From Nitrospirota bacterium (lineage in GTDB: Bacteria > Nitrospirota > UBA9217), in the NCBI GenBank assembly GCA_963845065.1, contig CAWJQQ010000003.1, forward strand, positions 44,691-108,690: DNA of 64,000 bases, in the 5' to 3' direction. Below the pieces are notes generated by a model. The model was not told the DNA's origin, did no database searches, and saw only the letters and a list, made by a program, of their open reading frames with translations. The position numbers were made by a program, and so were the translations under genes. Positions 49,923 through 60,058 of the stretch are shown here, piece after piece (position 1 is the first letter of the stretch; the number at the start of each line of letters is the position of its first letter).

Positions 49923-50060
49923 ATGCCACTTAATAAATCTAAAACCCCCTCTTTCATCCATGAGTTTCTAGTCATAACTACCCACAAAGACAACCGAATT
50001 CTTGATGTTCGGCTCGAGGCTGGCCGTCATCTGTATAATGCCTGCCTGGTTTCGGCAGTT
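49923..50060 (+). pseudogene. N-terminal stub of a TnpB/Cas12-like protein
   Basis: MPLNKSKTPSFIHEFLVITTHKDNRILDVRLEAGRHLYNACL resembles the N-termini of TnpB-type proteins. The similarity stops after about 45 codons. Confidence 0.3.
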
Positions 50061-50403
50061 GCCACTGCTATTGAATTTTTTGCTGAATCGAGACCTACTA
50101 TTGTGATAGAATTCTTCATGACCTGTTTCCTTGTTTGTGGCTCTGTATTTGGACTCCTATTGCATCCAAGTATAACCCACGGTGACAAGGGGCAGGTCAC
50201 TTTTTTAACTGTCAACCATTATGTCTAAAGAGTTATTGACAGCCTCGGTGGGGAAATAGGGAGAGTCAAAGAATTAAACTTCGATTACCAGCAGCATAGG
50301 GCATCGCTTTCTGTCCGCTGACACAGATAACTGGCTTACAGGCAGGTGTTGATTCTCCCCGTATGCGCAGGTCGCCATGCATAAGGAACAGCAATGCATC
50401 ATC

Positions 50404-50927
50404 ATGGATTTGACCAAAAAGCACATTGAGAACAGACTATCCTTGAACAGTGACAATCCCGTCTCGAGACAATTTGAGGAGACTTTCTACGGTTATTATG
50501 GATGGCCGACGTATTGGGGCGACCCAAAAAGTGTGGATCTTATTCTTGTCCCTTCATTGTGCGTGACCGTGATGAATGGAAAGAATCCTGTCAAGGTGAG
50601 AAAGCAGCGTGAGATGCCTATTTGCGCAGCACTCATGATGTGAGTGCCCATCACGTCCAAGCCGCAGACAGCAAGATTGGCCGCGGGAGAAATTTATCAT
50701 CGATGACGAGATGTGGACGATTCGTTCTCTAATCACCGATGCAAAAAACTGGTAGCCGAGGAAAAAGGTACTGGTTTCTCCGATATGGATTGAGCGTGTT
50801 AGCTGGGGCGAGTCGAAAAGTATTTGTCAAGCTTCCCCGCGACATCATCAAGCAATCACCGGTATACCTGAAGGTGTTTCTGCTAACTCGGGCTTATGAG
50901 ACCTCACTACAGCGACATTATAATTGA
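50404..50927 (+). pseudogene. PRC-barrel domain protein, decayed
   Basis: Across frames: FYGYYGWPTYWG; AYLRSTHDVSAHHVQAADSKIG; EKFIIDDEMWTIRSLITDAKNW*PRKKVLVSPIWIERVSWGES (in-frame TAG); KVFVKLPRDIIKQSPVY...AYETSLQRHY. Confidence 0.55.
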
Positions 50928-51003
50928 CAGGGATGCTGGGTCGCCGAAGGCAGCCGGGAAGCATTTCCTTTGAAGGAATCTCAAGAAAGGCTTACTTGCA
51001 TGG

Positions 51004-51945
51004 GTGACTTCTTCTGCCGAAAAACACAGGACGTGCGACAAAGAAAGACTGAGCCAGATGAATATGTCAAGGTGGCTTGACCAAAAGACTCGTAGGGGCT
51101 GGGCGATACTTTGTCTTGCCGCAAAAAAATTCTTGCAGGTTGATGGGACACAATGGGCGGGATCGTTCGCCTTCCATGCGTTCTTCTCGCTGTTTCCTTT
51201 AATGACACTGCTCGTCACGATTGTCTCGTTCTTTATTGATTGGGACAGGGCCGGAAAAGTGGTCATTGCCTTCATGGAAAGCTACGTTCCGGTCAGTGGC
51301 GAGATGAAACTTTACATCTTTAACGCCATCGCCAGTGTTATCAAAACGCGTCAGAAAGCGGGCGTGGTCGCGTTTTTCATTCTGGTGTGGGCCGCCCTCC
51401 AATGTTTCACCACCCTTATCTATGCGACCAACCGCGCCTGGGGCGCCGCGGTGTACAATTGGTGGCGGCTGCCGCTAAAAAGTCTGGCTCTGCTCGGAAT
51501 CACGGCGGGTGCGGTCCTCCTGGGCATGGCGGCTACGGTGCTGACGAAAATGGCGAAGTATTGGTTCTTTCCAATGTATGATTTACATTCCGGGGTCTAT
51601 GTCCTGGTGAGCTTTGTCATCCCCTTGTTAGTGGTGTTTCTCAGTCTGAGTCTGTTTTACAGGCTGGCTCCGCGAATGCCTACGCGGTTTGCCGAAGTCT
51701 GGGCCGCCGCTTTGTGCGCGACGGTTCTATTGCAGGCGGCCGAAAATCTATTCGTAATCTACCTCAAGAACTTCGCCAAGTTAAACGCAGTCTATGGGGC
51801 GTTCGGCGGGATCATGGCATTGCTGTTGTGGATTTACCTTTCCGGGTGCATTTTCATCTTCGGCGCCTGCCTGTGCGCCGCTCAGGCCAAAGGTCGTTCA
51901 GCACCGGCAGAAATAAATATGGCGCGCACAAAAGAGGAGAATTAA
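51004..51945 (+). CDS. YihY/BrkB-family membrane protein
   Basis: [55 protein letters not shown]. The start is uncertain (51004 or 51058). Confidence 0.8.
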   Translation: MTSSAEKHRTCDKERLSQMNMSRWLDQKTRRGWAILCLAAKKFLQVDGTQWAGSFAFHAFFSLFPLMTLLVTIVSFFIDWDRAGKVVIAFMESYVPVSGEMKLYIFNAIASVIKTRQKAGVVAFFILVWAALQCFTTLIYATNRAWGAAVYNWWRLPLKSLALLGITAGAVLLGMAATVLTKMAKYWFFPMYDLHSGVYVLVSFVIPLLVVFLSLSLFYRLAPRMPTRFAEVWAAALCATVLLQAAENLFVIYLKNFAKLNAVYGAFGGIMALLLWIYLSGCIFIFGACLCAAQAKGRSAPAEINMARTKEEN

Positions 51946-51948
51946 AAT

Positions 51949-52720
51949 ATGGAGACAAAAACTCTTTCCCCCGAACTGCTCCGCAAGATGTGGACGCCTA
52001 CTGGCGAGCCGCCAACTATCTGTCGGTTGGCCAGATTTATCTTTACGACAATCCGCTACTGAAGCGGCCGCTGTCGCTCGCGGATGTGAAACACATGCTG
52101 CTGTGACACTGGGGCACTACCCCGGGGCAAAATTTCATTTAGGTGCACTTGAATCGGGTCATCAAAAAATATGACGTCAACATGATTTACATCTCCGGTC
52201 CCGGGCACGGCGGCCCGGCCGTCGTGGGCAATACTTATTTCGAGGGCACTTATAACGAGATCTATCCCGATGTCAGTCAGGATGAGGCCGGGTTACGGAA
52301 TCTCTTTATCCAATTTTCGTTTCCTGGAGGAATTCCCAGTCATGCATCGCCGGAGTGTCCGGGCTCAATCCACGAGGGCGGTGAGCTTGGCTATTCGCTC
52401 AACCATTCATTTGGAGCGGCCTTCGACAATCCCGATCTCATCGTCGCTTGCGTCGTAGGCGATGGTGAGGCAGAAACCGGACCGCTGGCCACCTCATGGC
52501 ATTCGAACAAGTTCATTGATTCGGTAACCGACGGTGCAGTGCTGCCGATCCTGCATCTCAACGGCTACAAGATTTCCAACCCGACCTCCTCGCACGCATC
52601 ACCCGCGAGGAATTGGAACAGTTGTTGCGTGGGTACGGGTGGACGCCATTCTTCGTCGAGGGGCACGAGCCTGGGCCGCTGCATGAAGCCATGGCTGCGA
52701 CGCTCTACACGGTGGTGGAA
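51949..52720 (+). pseudogene. xfp: Phosphoketolase, N-terminal third only, with in-frame stops and frameshifts
   Basis: ...[27 protein letters not shown]...[26 protein letters not shown]...GPGHGGPA...[10 protein letters not shown]...[13 protein letters not shown]...[19 protein letters not shown]...[15 protein letters not shown] at 52104..52106, TAG at 52140..52142, frameshifts near 51990 and 52590. Homology ends near 52720, out of an expected ~790-aa protein. Confidence 0.8.
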
Positions 52721-53310
52721 CAATGCAACTCCTGTATGTATAGGTACCTTCATGCGATTATCAATATAATCAATCGCCTTGTATTGCGTTGTTTTTTTTG
52801 TTGTGTAGTTCCAACTATTTAGCTTCTTAAAGCTACCTCGTGAAAAGACAATACTCTCCCTGATCTTACAATAAAATTATCTAGGAGACAGACTTCGTAG
52901 ACTGGAAATATTTACTTGCCTATATCTCATGATCTGCGTATCAGGAATTGCTTCTTCATAATGAATAACTGGTGACAAAAAACAGTCTGGTAAAAATTTT
53001 AATAAAGGTTTAAATGCATTTATTAAAAGTTTTTTCGAGGCTATAGCCCCTACCTTGTTTGCCCTTGAACTCATTTCATGAAGGGGCTATACTCTCCTTG
53101 TCATTATTGCAAGACAGATCAGAAACTGCTTCTGCATATAGAAGACTTGGCGACGGGAAATTGCAAAAAACGGAATCAACTCAAATGCCGTCTCCAATTT
53201 GTCGTCGGCAAGCAACAGACATCGGTCGAGATATGCAGCGTCTGGTAAAAAGGCATGTCATCCAGTTCAATGTCGCATGTTGCTGAGGTTTTGACCAGGG
53301 GAGATGCCCT

Positions 53311-54237
53311 ATGGATAAAAAAATAAAAAATATCATTTTATTTCTTCTCGTGTTTATTTTCGTAGGTCTTTTGGCCTTTGTTTTATATAATTTCCAAAAG
53401 CCTCCTGTACAATCAAGCAAACTTCAAGTGGCGGCAAGTTTTTATCCACTCTATTACTTTTCTCAGCAAATTGGGGGAGAAAAAGCAAATGTAATAAATA
53501 TAACTCCTGCTGGAGCTGAGCCGCACGATTATGAGCCAACAGCACACGATATTGCTCAAATAGAACATAGTAAATTGCTTATATTAAATGGCGGGGGATT
53601 GGAAGCGTGGGGAGATAATATAAAACAAAACCTTAACTCCCAAGATACCGCTGTCGTAACAGTTGGAGAAGGATTAACAACTCGCCAAGTAACAGATACA
53701 GGGGAAAATTCAACCGATCCTCATATTTGGTTGAGTCCACCCTTAGCTGAGGAAATTGTGGATAAGATTACTCAAGGCTTTCTACAAGTTGACCCGGCAA
53801 ATAAGGAATATTATCTAACCAATGCAGCAATGCTAAAATCTGAATTGGCTAAATTGGATAAAGAATACAGACAAGGATTAAACAAGTGTTTGGAGAAAAA
53901 TATCATTACCTCTCACGCCGCTTTCGGATATCTGGCTGCTTCTTATGGGCTCCATCAAGTGTCCATTGCCGGGTTATCGCCCGATGCGGAACCTTCTCCG
54001 CAGCAATTAGCCAATATAGTAAAATTTGTCGAAGCTAATGACATAAAATACATATTTTTTGAAAGTTTGGTAAGTCCAAGGTTATCAGATACGATAGCCC
54101 ATGAAGTAGGTGCAAAAACTCTTGTGCTTAACCCAATAGAAGGTTTAAGCAACGAAGAGGCATCAAAAGGGAAAAATTATTTTACCGAGATGCAAAATAA
54201 TTTGGCAAATTTAAAAACGGCATTGCAATGCAAGTAG
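53311..54237 (+). CDS. Metal (Zn/Mn) ABC transporter substrate-binding protein, ZnuA/TroA family
   Basis: Signal/TM N-terminus. HDYEPT, DPHIWLSP, HAAFGYLA, and a long backbone-helix region. Confidence 0.85.
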   Translation: MDKKIKNIILFLLVFIFVGLLAFVLYNFQKPPVQSSKLQVAASFYPLYYFSQQIGGEKANVINITPAGAEPHDYEPTAHDIAQIEHSKLLILNGGGLEAWGDNIKQNLNSQDTAVVTVGEGLTTRQVTDTGENSTDPHIWLSPPLAEEIVDKITQGFLQVDPANKEYYLTNAAMLKSELAKLDKEYRQGLNKCLEKNIITSHAAFGYLAASYGLHQVSIAGLSPDAEPSPQQLANIVKFVEANDIKYIFFESLVSPRLSDTIAHEVGAKTLVLNPIEGLSNEEASKGKNYFTEMQNNLANLKTALQCK

Positions 54238-55004
54238 ATCATAAAAAAAACATCATAGAAGTCGAAAACATCGCTTTTGCTTATAACGACGAAGATGTTT
54301 TGGAGAATATCACGCTTGATATCCACCAAGGCGACTATATTGGTATTGTCGGCCCCAATGGCGCTGGGAAAACCACGCTTTTGAAAATAATGCTTGGCTT
54401 GCTTCGTCCCAAAACGGGGTCGGTTAAATTATTTGAACAAGATATAAATAATTTCAGGGATTGGCGGAAAATCGGTTATGTCCCACAAAAAGCAACTCAT
54501 TTTGACGACAATTTCCCCGCCACCGTTTCAGAAGTAGTTTCAATGGGAATAAATACAAAAAGAAGACTGTTTAAGAAGGCGGAAACGGAGGATAAGAGGG
54601 CGGTGCAAAGTGCGCTTGAACAGGTTGATATGTGGGAATACAAAGACCGGCTTATCGGGGACCTGTCCGGCGGCCAACAGCAGCGCGTATTCATCGCCCG
54701 CGCGTTGGTCAATCAGCCGGAAGTTATTTTTTTGGACGAGCCGACGACCGGTGTCGATAAGCGAACTCAAGACGGATTTTATGAAATGCTCCAGAAACTC
54801 AATAAAGAACTAGGAATAACCCTTGTACTTGTATCTCATGACATCGGTCGGCTGACGAAGGAAGTGATGCACATCGCTTGCGTGGACCGCAGCCTGACCT
54901 GCCACACTTCTCCGGAAGAATATCTCAAGGAAAGTCAGTCCACCGATATTATGGGCCAAAAGGTTAAAATAATTACTCATCATCATCATCACCACCACCA
55001 TTAA
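54228..55004 (+). CDS. Metal ABC transporter ATP-binding protein (ZnuC-like) with a C-terminal His8 tail
   Basis: GPNGAGKTT (Walker A), LSGGQQQRV, IFLDEPT. Ends ...KVKIITHHHHHHHH*. The stop overlaps the permease ATG. Confidence 0.85.
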   Translation: MQVDHKKNIIEVENIAFAYNDEDVLENITLDIHQGDYIGIVGPNGAGKTTLLKIMLGLLRPKTGSVKLFEQDINNFRDWRKIGYVPQKATHFDDNFPATVSEVVSMGINTKRRLFKKAETEDKRAVQSALEQVDMWEYKDRLIGDLSGGQQQRVFIARALVNQPEVIFLDEPTTGVDKRTQDGFYEMLQKLNKELGITLVLVSHDIGRLTKEVMHIACVDRSLTCHTSPEEYLKESQSTDIMGQKVKIITHHHHHHHH

Positions 55005-55807
55005 TGCTGACAGCTATCTTCCAATATGGTTTTATGATAAGAGGTTTGGAGGCCGGCGTTATTGTTGCGCTGATCGCTCCGCTTATCGGTATTTTTCTTG
55101 TGCTGAGGCGGTATTCTCTTATCGCCGATACACTTGCCCATGTCTCTCTGGCCGGCATAGCGATCGGCTTGTTTTTTAGCATAAATCCGGTCCTGACCGC
55201 GCTTGGCACAGCAACCGTCGCTTCTCTGGGCATTGAGCGGTTGAGGAGTTCGAAAAAGGTATATGGAGAGTCAGCCTTGGCCCTTTTCCTTTCTGGCAGT
55301 CTGGCGCTCGCAGTCGTGATTTTAAGCTTGGCACACGGCTTTAATGCCAATTTATTTAATTATCTTTTCGGCAGCATCGTGACGGTGACTACGAATGATG
55401 TTTACATAATTTCTCTTTTGGCCGTTGTCGTAGTCACTGTTCTGGCATTTTACTACAAAGAGCTTGTTTACATTACTTTCGATGAAGAAGCCGCCAAGGT
55501 AAGCGGTGTGCCTACGGGTTTAATCAATTCCATTCTTATTATCCTTGCCGCCCTGACTGTATCATTGGCCATACCTATCGTCGGAGTGCTCCTGATTGCC
55601 GCTTTAATCGTAATTCCGGTCATAACAGCACTTCAGTTTCGCAAGAGTTTTTTTAAAACAATCATATATGCCCAGATCATTTCTTTATTTTCCGTCGTTT
55701 CGGGAATTTTCACTTCCTTTATTCTCAATCTTTCCACAGGAGGAACGATCGTTTTAATAATGCTCGCCATTTTCATCATTATCTTATCAGTCAAACAAAA
55801 GATGTGA
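55004..55807 (+). CDS. Metal ABC transporter permease (ABC-3/ZnuB-like)
   Basis: 267 aa with about 8 TM segments. LVLRRYSLIADTLAHVSLAG. Confidence 0.85.
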   Translation: MLTAIFQYGFMIRGLEAGVIVALIAPLIGIFLVLRRYSLIADTLAHVSLAGIAIGLFFSINPVLTALGTATVASLGIERLRSSKKVYGESALALFLSGSLALAVVILSLAHGFNANLFNYLFGSIVTVTTNDVYIISLLAVVVVTVLAFYYKELVYITFDEEAAKVSGVPTGLINSILIILAALTVSLAIPIVGVLLIAALIVIPVITALQFRKSFFKTIIYAQIISLFSVVSGIFTSFILNLSTGGTIVLIMLAIFIIILSVKQKM

Positions 55808-55948
55808 AGGTTTAGAGCTTATTTTAGCCATCTGGCAAAACTTTCGCACCCTAACGAACGACAGCCATAATCGTTACACCCAGAATATCTTGTCCTGATC
55901 CTTTCGTTCACAGGAGAATTCTTATAACCGTTTCTAAAACCATAGTCA

Positions 55949-55991
55949 TTTATCTCAATGCGCCGTAAGACCCCGGCCGTGAGGCCGGGGA
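55949..55991 (+). repeat. Left-end hairpin motif of TnpB unit 2 (copy A of a 43-nt repeat)
   Basis: tttatctcaatgcgccgtaagaCCCCGGCCgtgaGGCCGGGGa: a perfect 8-bp stem with a GTGA loop at 55971..55990. The same 43 nt recur at 60578..60611 plus 62023..62031. Confidence 0.6.
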
Positions 55992-56043
55992 TATAAGGCG
56001 CTTGTAGCGAAGCACACAAGGAATTGCTGTTCCTGATCAGACA

Positions 56044-56072
56044 TTGACAGTTGTTCACCTTCCTGATATAAT
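56044..56072 (+). promoter_or_regulatory. Consensus sigma70-type promoter driving tnpB
   Basis: TTGACA (56044..56049), a 17-nt spacer, TATAAT (56067..56072). The ATG at 56080 follows 7 nt later, implying a leaderless or near-leaderless mRNA. Confidence 0.5.
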
Positions 56073-56079
56073 TACCACC

Positions 56080-57291
56080 ATGATTGATCGAGCAAAAGAG
56101 CCCGATGTACAAACCATGACTGTCGTTGGTAAAGCATTGGTAACGGACGACAGCACCGCTCTATCGCTCGGGTTGCTTGGTTTTTCCGCAACGAAGCTTT
56201 GGAACACCGCTGTGTGGCATACCAGGAACGTCTGGATGGCCACGGGGAAAATACTCACCTACCCCGAGCTTGATATCGCTCTTAAACAAGAGCATCCGCT
56301 CTGGTATCGCCGGCTGCACTCCCAGAGCTCTCAGGCAATCCTGGAAGAGCTTCGGCAGTCCTATCAATCATGGTTTGCACTCCGTAAGAAAGGCGATAGG
56401 AAATCCAATCCTCCTGGTTTCAGGCGAAAAGCCGATCTGTCAACGGTGACATTCAAACAAAGAGCCGTCACGTGGAATGAGCGTACCTCCACGGTGCGCC
56501 TCAGCATCCCGAAGGACATCTACGGAAAACAATTTCTCTTTCTGAAGCTCCGCCTTCCTAACGGCACACGTCTTACCGAGGACTATGTCCAGATAGGCCG
56601 TCTGGTACATGATAAAGGCATGTGGTTTGTCCACCTGGTCTATACGATAACGCTCCCCGTATTGAAAGGAGAAGGGGAAACGATGGCACTTGACTTGGGT
56701 ATGAAGTATCTGGCCGCCATGGCATGTACGGATGGAAGCACCTCCCTTTGGCCAGGTGGTGAGTTGGCCGCTCTCGAGCGGTACTTTGAAATGCAAAAGT
56801 CAAAGACGACCAACAGCAAGTCCCGGAAATCACGTGCGTTGAACCAGAAACGGTCTCGTCAGCGTTCCCACCTGCTCCACAGCTTTATCAAATCCCTTGT
56901 CCGCGATGCAGAAGCTCGCGGTGTCTCCACGATCATCGTGGGGGACCTGAAGGACATCGGAGAAGGCAAAGATTGGGGAAAGAGCGGAAACCAGCAGTTC
57001 CATAAGTGGCCGTTTGACCGGATCGTCAGGATGCTCACGTACAAAGCCAGACTCAAAGGCATCCGCGTTGTAGAAGAAAAGGAACACTACACGAGCCAGA
57101 CCTGCTGTGTATGCAACACAAGGGATAAGGCCAGCCGTGTGCATCGTGGCCTCTACGTTTGCAAGCATTGCGGCGCCGTAATCCATGCTGACGTGAACGG
57201 AAGCCAATTGGATAGCCATAAAGGCTTACAGTCATGCATAAAGCTCAGTGCGTTTATGGTTCAGGTAAACTCTGCATACCAAAAGGCTTAA
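56080..57291 (+). CDS. tnpB: IS200/IS605-family TnpB (RNA-guided nuclease homologue), apparently intact
   Basis: MALDLGMKYLAA (RuvC-I), HYTSQTCCVCN...CKHCG (zinc ribbon), IHADVNGS (RuvC-III). The start could be 56080 or 56116. The last ~30 codons look atypical for the family. Confidence 0.75.
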   Translation: MIDRAKEPDVQTMTVVGKALVTDDSTALSLGLLGFSATKLWNTAVWHTRNVWMATGKILTYPELDIALKQEHPLWYRRLHSQSSQAILEELRQSYQSWFALRKKGDRKSNPPGFRRKADLSTVTFKQRAVTWNERTSTVRLSIPKDIYGKQFLFLKLRLPNGTRLTEDYVQIGRLVHDKGMWFVHLVYTITLPVLKGEGETMALDLGMKYLAAMACTDGSTSLWPGGELAALERYFEMQKSKTTNSKSRKSRALNQKRSRQRSHLLHSFIKSLVRDAEARGVSTIIVGDLKDIGEGKDWGKSGNQQFHKWPFDRIVRMLTYKARLKGIRVVEEKEHYTSQTCCVCNTRDKASRVHRGLYVCKHCGAVIHADVNGSQLDSHKGLQSCIKLSAFMVQVNSAYQKA

Positions 57292-57421
57292 ATATCTTTA
57301 GGGGGATTAGCCGAATAAAACTGATGAGAAAGATTCGAAGCATTGTCCCAGATAATATAGCGCTTGCCCACACCTATCAACCATCAGAACCGCAGACCTT
57401 AGGAAATGGTCGGAGTATACA

Positions 57422-59137
57422 ATGATAAAAGGCAAGATGGAGGCACAAGGCATGAGGTTGCCCGTTTTCCAGGGGATCCTCCCCATCAAAAGATCCCAGG
57501 CGCTGACAGATATTATAGCCGGTCTCACGCTGGCCGCCCTCGCCATTCCTGAGGTGATGGGCTACACAAAAATCTCCGGTACCCCGGTTATCACGGGCCT
57601 CTACACTATCCTTATCCCGATGACCCTTTTTGCGCTTTTTGGCTCCTCCCGACATCTAGTCGTCGGTGCCGACTCTGCTACAGCGGCCATTCTCTCAGGT
57701 GCACTCACTGGGATGGCCGCGTCCGGATCGGCTGAGTGGCTTGCACTGGCAGAAGTCCTCGCAGCCCTGTCGGCTGTTTTCCTGATCATCGCCCGGATCA
57801 TTCGATTGGGGTTCCTTGCGGATTTTCTGTCGCGAACGGTGCTAGTAGGGTTCTTGTCAGGCGTAGGCGTCCAAGTCGCTCTCGGCGAGATCTCGAGTAT
57901 GTTAGGACTTCCTGGAGGAGGGCATGGCCTAATCCATAAGATCATCAACGATCTACACCAAATCGAACAGATAAATTTCTACGCCCTAGGTATTTCCGTG
58001 GCTGTACTTGCTGTCATCATCGGATCAAAAAAGATTTCGAAAAAGATCCCTGGTGCACTGATAGCTGTGATGGCTGCCATCGTCGCCAGTTCAGGGCTCA
58101 ATCTTGAAGCTCACGACGCACATGTGCTTGGCACGGTTCCGAGCGGCCTGCCAGTGATTGGTCTGCCGGACGTGCATTGGGATTACAGCCTCATCTTGAA
58201 GCTGCTTCCTACCGCTTTCGCAATGTTTGTGGTGATCCTGGCCCAGAGCGCAGCGACATCCCGTGTCTATGCAACCCGCTACAGCGAGCGCTTTGACGAA
58301 AATGTGGATCTGGTAGGCCTGGGACTTGCCAATGTTGGGGCCGCGTTGAGCGGGACTTTTATTGTGAATGGAAGCCCGACCAAGACTCAGATGGTCGATA
58401 GTGCCGGCGGTCGCAGTCAGCTCGCGCAGATCACCACAAGCGTCATTGTCTTATTAGTGCTGCTGTTTCTGACAGGTCCGCTGGCCAGCATGCCGATTGC
58501 GGCCCTCTCTGCGGTGGTTTTCCTGATCGGTGTTGAATTGATCGATGTCAAAGGTATGCGAAAGATATGGGCACAACGCCCGCCGGAATTCTGGGTTGCG
58601 TTGATCACGGCTATCGCAGTAGTTTGTGTCGGCGTGGAGCAGGGAATTCTCCTTGCGATGGTATTGTCACTCATAGAGCACGTGCGACGAAGCTACCGAT
58701 GTAAGAATGCAGTGCTCGCGCCTGACGAGACGGGTGGCTGGCGGGCATTACCGGTGAGCACTCCCGCACAAGTCCGGCCCGGTCTACTGGTATATCGCTT
58801 CAGTCACACTATGTACTATGCGAACGCCGAACAGCTCTCGAGGGAGGTTGTCGAACTCGCAAACGGGGCACAACCCCCGCTGGTTTGGTTCTGTATCGAT
58901 GCGTCGGCGATTGCCGATGTAGACTTCACTGCGGCATCAAACCTGCGCGATATCCATGGCACCCTGGAGAAACTAGGGATTCGGATCGTTTTTTCTCAAA
59001 TGATTGATCTCGTCAATACTGAGTTTGTGAGGTATGAGCTTACCGACCTGTTTGGGAAAGATGCCTTCTACGAGACCATCAATGCAGTAGTAAGCGCATA
59101 TGACAAGAGATCGTCTAGCAACGAAGACAGAAAATAA
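57422..59137 (+). CDS. SulP-family inorganic anion transporter with a C-terminal STAS domain
   Basis: 571 aa. DIIAGLTLAALAIPEVMGY, FGSSRHLVVG, GSPTKTQM. The STAS region reads ...VYRFSHTMYYANAEQL...DVDFTAASNL. Confidence 0.9.
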   Translation: MIKGKMEAQGMRLPVFQGILPIKRSQALTDIIAGLTLAALAIPEVMGYTKISGTPVITGLYTILIPMTLFALFGSSRHLVVGADSATAAILSGALTGMAASGSAEWLALAEVLAALSAVFLIIARIIRLGFLADFLSRTVLVGFLSGVGVQVALGEISSMLGLPGGGHGLIHKIINDLHQIEQINFYALGISVAVLAVIIGSKKISKKIPGALIAVMAAIVASSGLNLEAHDAHVLGTVPSGLPVIGLPDVHWDYSLILKLLPTAFAMFVVILAQSAATSRVYATRYSERFDENVDLVGLGLANVGAALSGTFIVNGSPTKTQMVDSAGGRSQLAQITTSVIVLLVLLFLTGPLASMPIAALSAVVFLIGVELIDVKGMRKIWAQRPPEFWVALITAIAVVCVGVEQGILLAMVLSLIEHVRRSYRCKNAVLAPDETGGWRALPVSTPAQVRPGLLVYRFSHTMYYANAEQLSREVVELANGAQPPLVWFCIDASAIADVDFTAASNLRDIHGTLEKLGIRIVFSQMIDLVNTEFVRYELTDLFGKDAFYETINAVVSAYDKRSSSNEDRK

Positions 59138-59538
59138 GCGAGTTAGTCCGCTTATTAAAGAAAACAGGCTTTCCTAGATGTACAATTATGATATTCGATT
59201 TCATCTGTGGACAGATCGAATAGTTGCTCATTTTGTTTTTGACTCCTCTGGGGGTAAAGTGGGATATACTTGGTGAAAAATGTTTTTCGAGAATCTCATC
59301 CAAAGCTATCTCGTGAAAGTTTTTCCAGTCCCGAGGGGGTCAGTTTAAACCTTGCGCTCTTTCTGCAAACCGCACGAACCGCATGGAAAAAGAGTGTTAA
59401 TCAGGATTTTCATCGGATTTCAATGCAGCTTTATGCATCAGGCTACAAAAGGCAACGTACACTCTCATAAGGCCATAGAATTTTTGTTTTGACAGATCAG
59501 GAGTTACTCCGTAACAGTTTTTTGATACCACTTATCGG

Positions 59539-59811
59539 TTGTCTCCCAAGGAGCTATGCTATCTTATAATGCACCCTCACCACCCTCTGAAGCCGACCAA
59601 GAGCCAAGACAATACTCCGCCAGATGTTCATCTTGACGGAGCGCCTCAGTTCGTATATTCGACTGCACTCAACTTGTATGTTGCAGTCGGAATTCCTTAT
59701 GACCTTGTTTTTACGGGGAATGATTACTTCTACTATTCTGGTGGGCTTTGGTATAAGGGGCCATATTATAACGGCCCGTGGGTACTTGCTGACAGTAGGT
59801 CTTTCCCTTAG
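59539..59811 (+). CDS. Small hypothetical protein, aromatic/Gly-rich
   Basis: 90-aa ORF ending YFYYSGGLWYKGPYYNGPW.... No family is confidently recognised and the start is uncertain. Confidence 0.3.
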   Translation: MSPKELCYLIMHPHHPLKPTKSQDNTPPDVHLDGAPQFVYSTALNLYVAVGIPYDLVFTGNDYFYYSGGLWYKGPYYNGPWVLADSRSFP

Positions 59812-60058
59812 GTTTTACTCAGATAACGAATTGACCAACTCCGATTTTACGGTAATGAAGAGTTCAGACGATATAATCGAGATAGCGTGCACGAAACAGG
59901 TCAGGCTGTCCGACATGAACATGCTATAATTGATGTATGAAAGTGAACAACCAAAGTGCTATTTATACGGTTTTCATAATCTTGCGACATATATTATTCA
60001 CTGACGTAAGGCAGTAAGGTTGAATTTTTTCTTACATTATCAGAAAAAAGGAGGACTT

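Noticed and set aside
24144-52142. The recurrent in-frame stops (TAG in ritC, the PRC-barrel gene and xfp; TGA in xfp; TAA in tnpB and the IS4 gene) as evidence for stop-codon recoding (pyrrolysine, selenocysteine or an alternative genetic code).
   Set aside because: The stops replace ordinary conserved residues (Leu-like, Trp, Tyr, Gly, Ser, Gln) and are one substitution away from them. They co-occur with frameshifts and truncations in the same genes. All three stop codons terminate apparently intact genes in the window. I saw no SECIS-like or PYLIS-like context.
54969-55004. The His8 tail as a sign of an engineered His-tag or vector contamination.
   Set aside because: It uses mixed CAT/CAC codons. 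The stop overlaps the next gene's start, as in a native operon. No linker, protease site or vector-like sequence flanks it.
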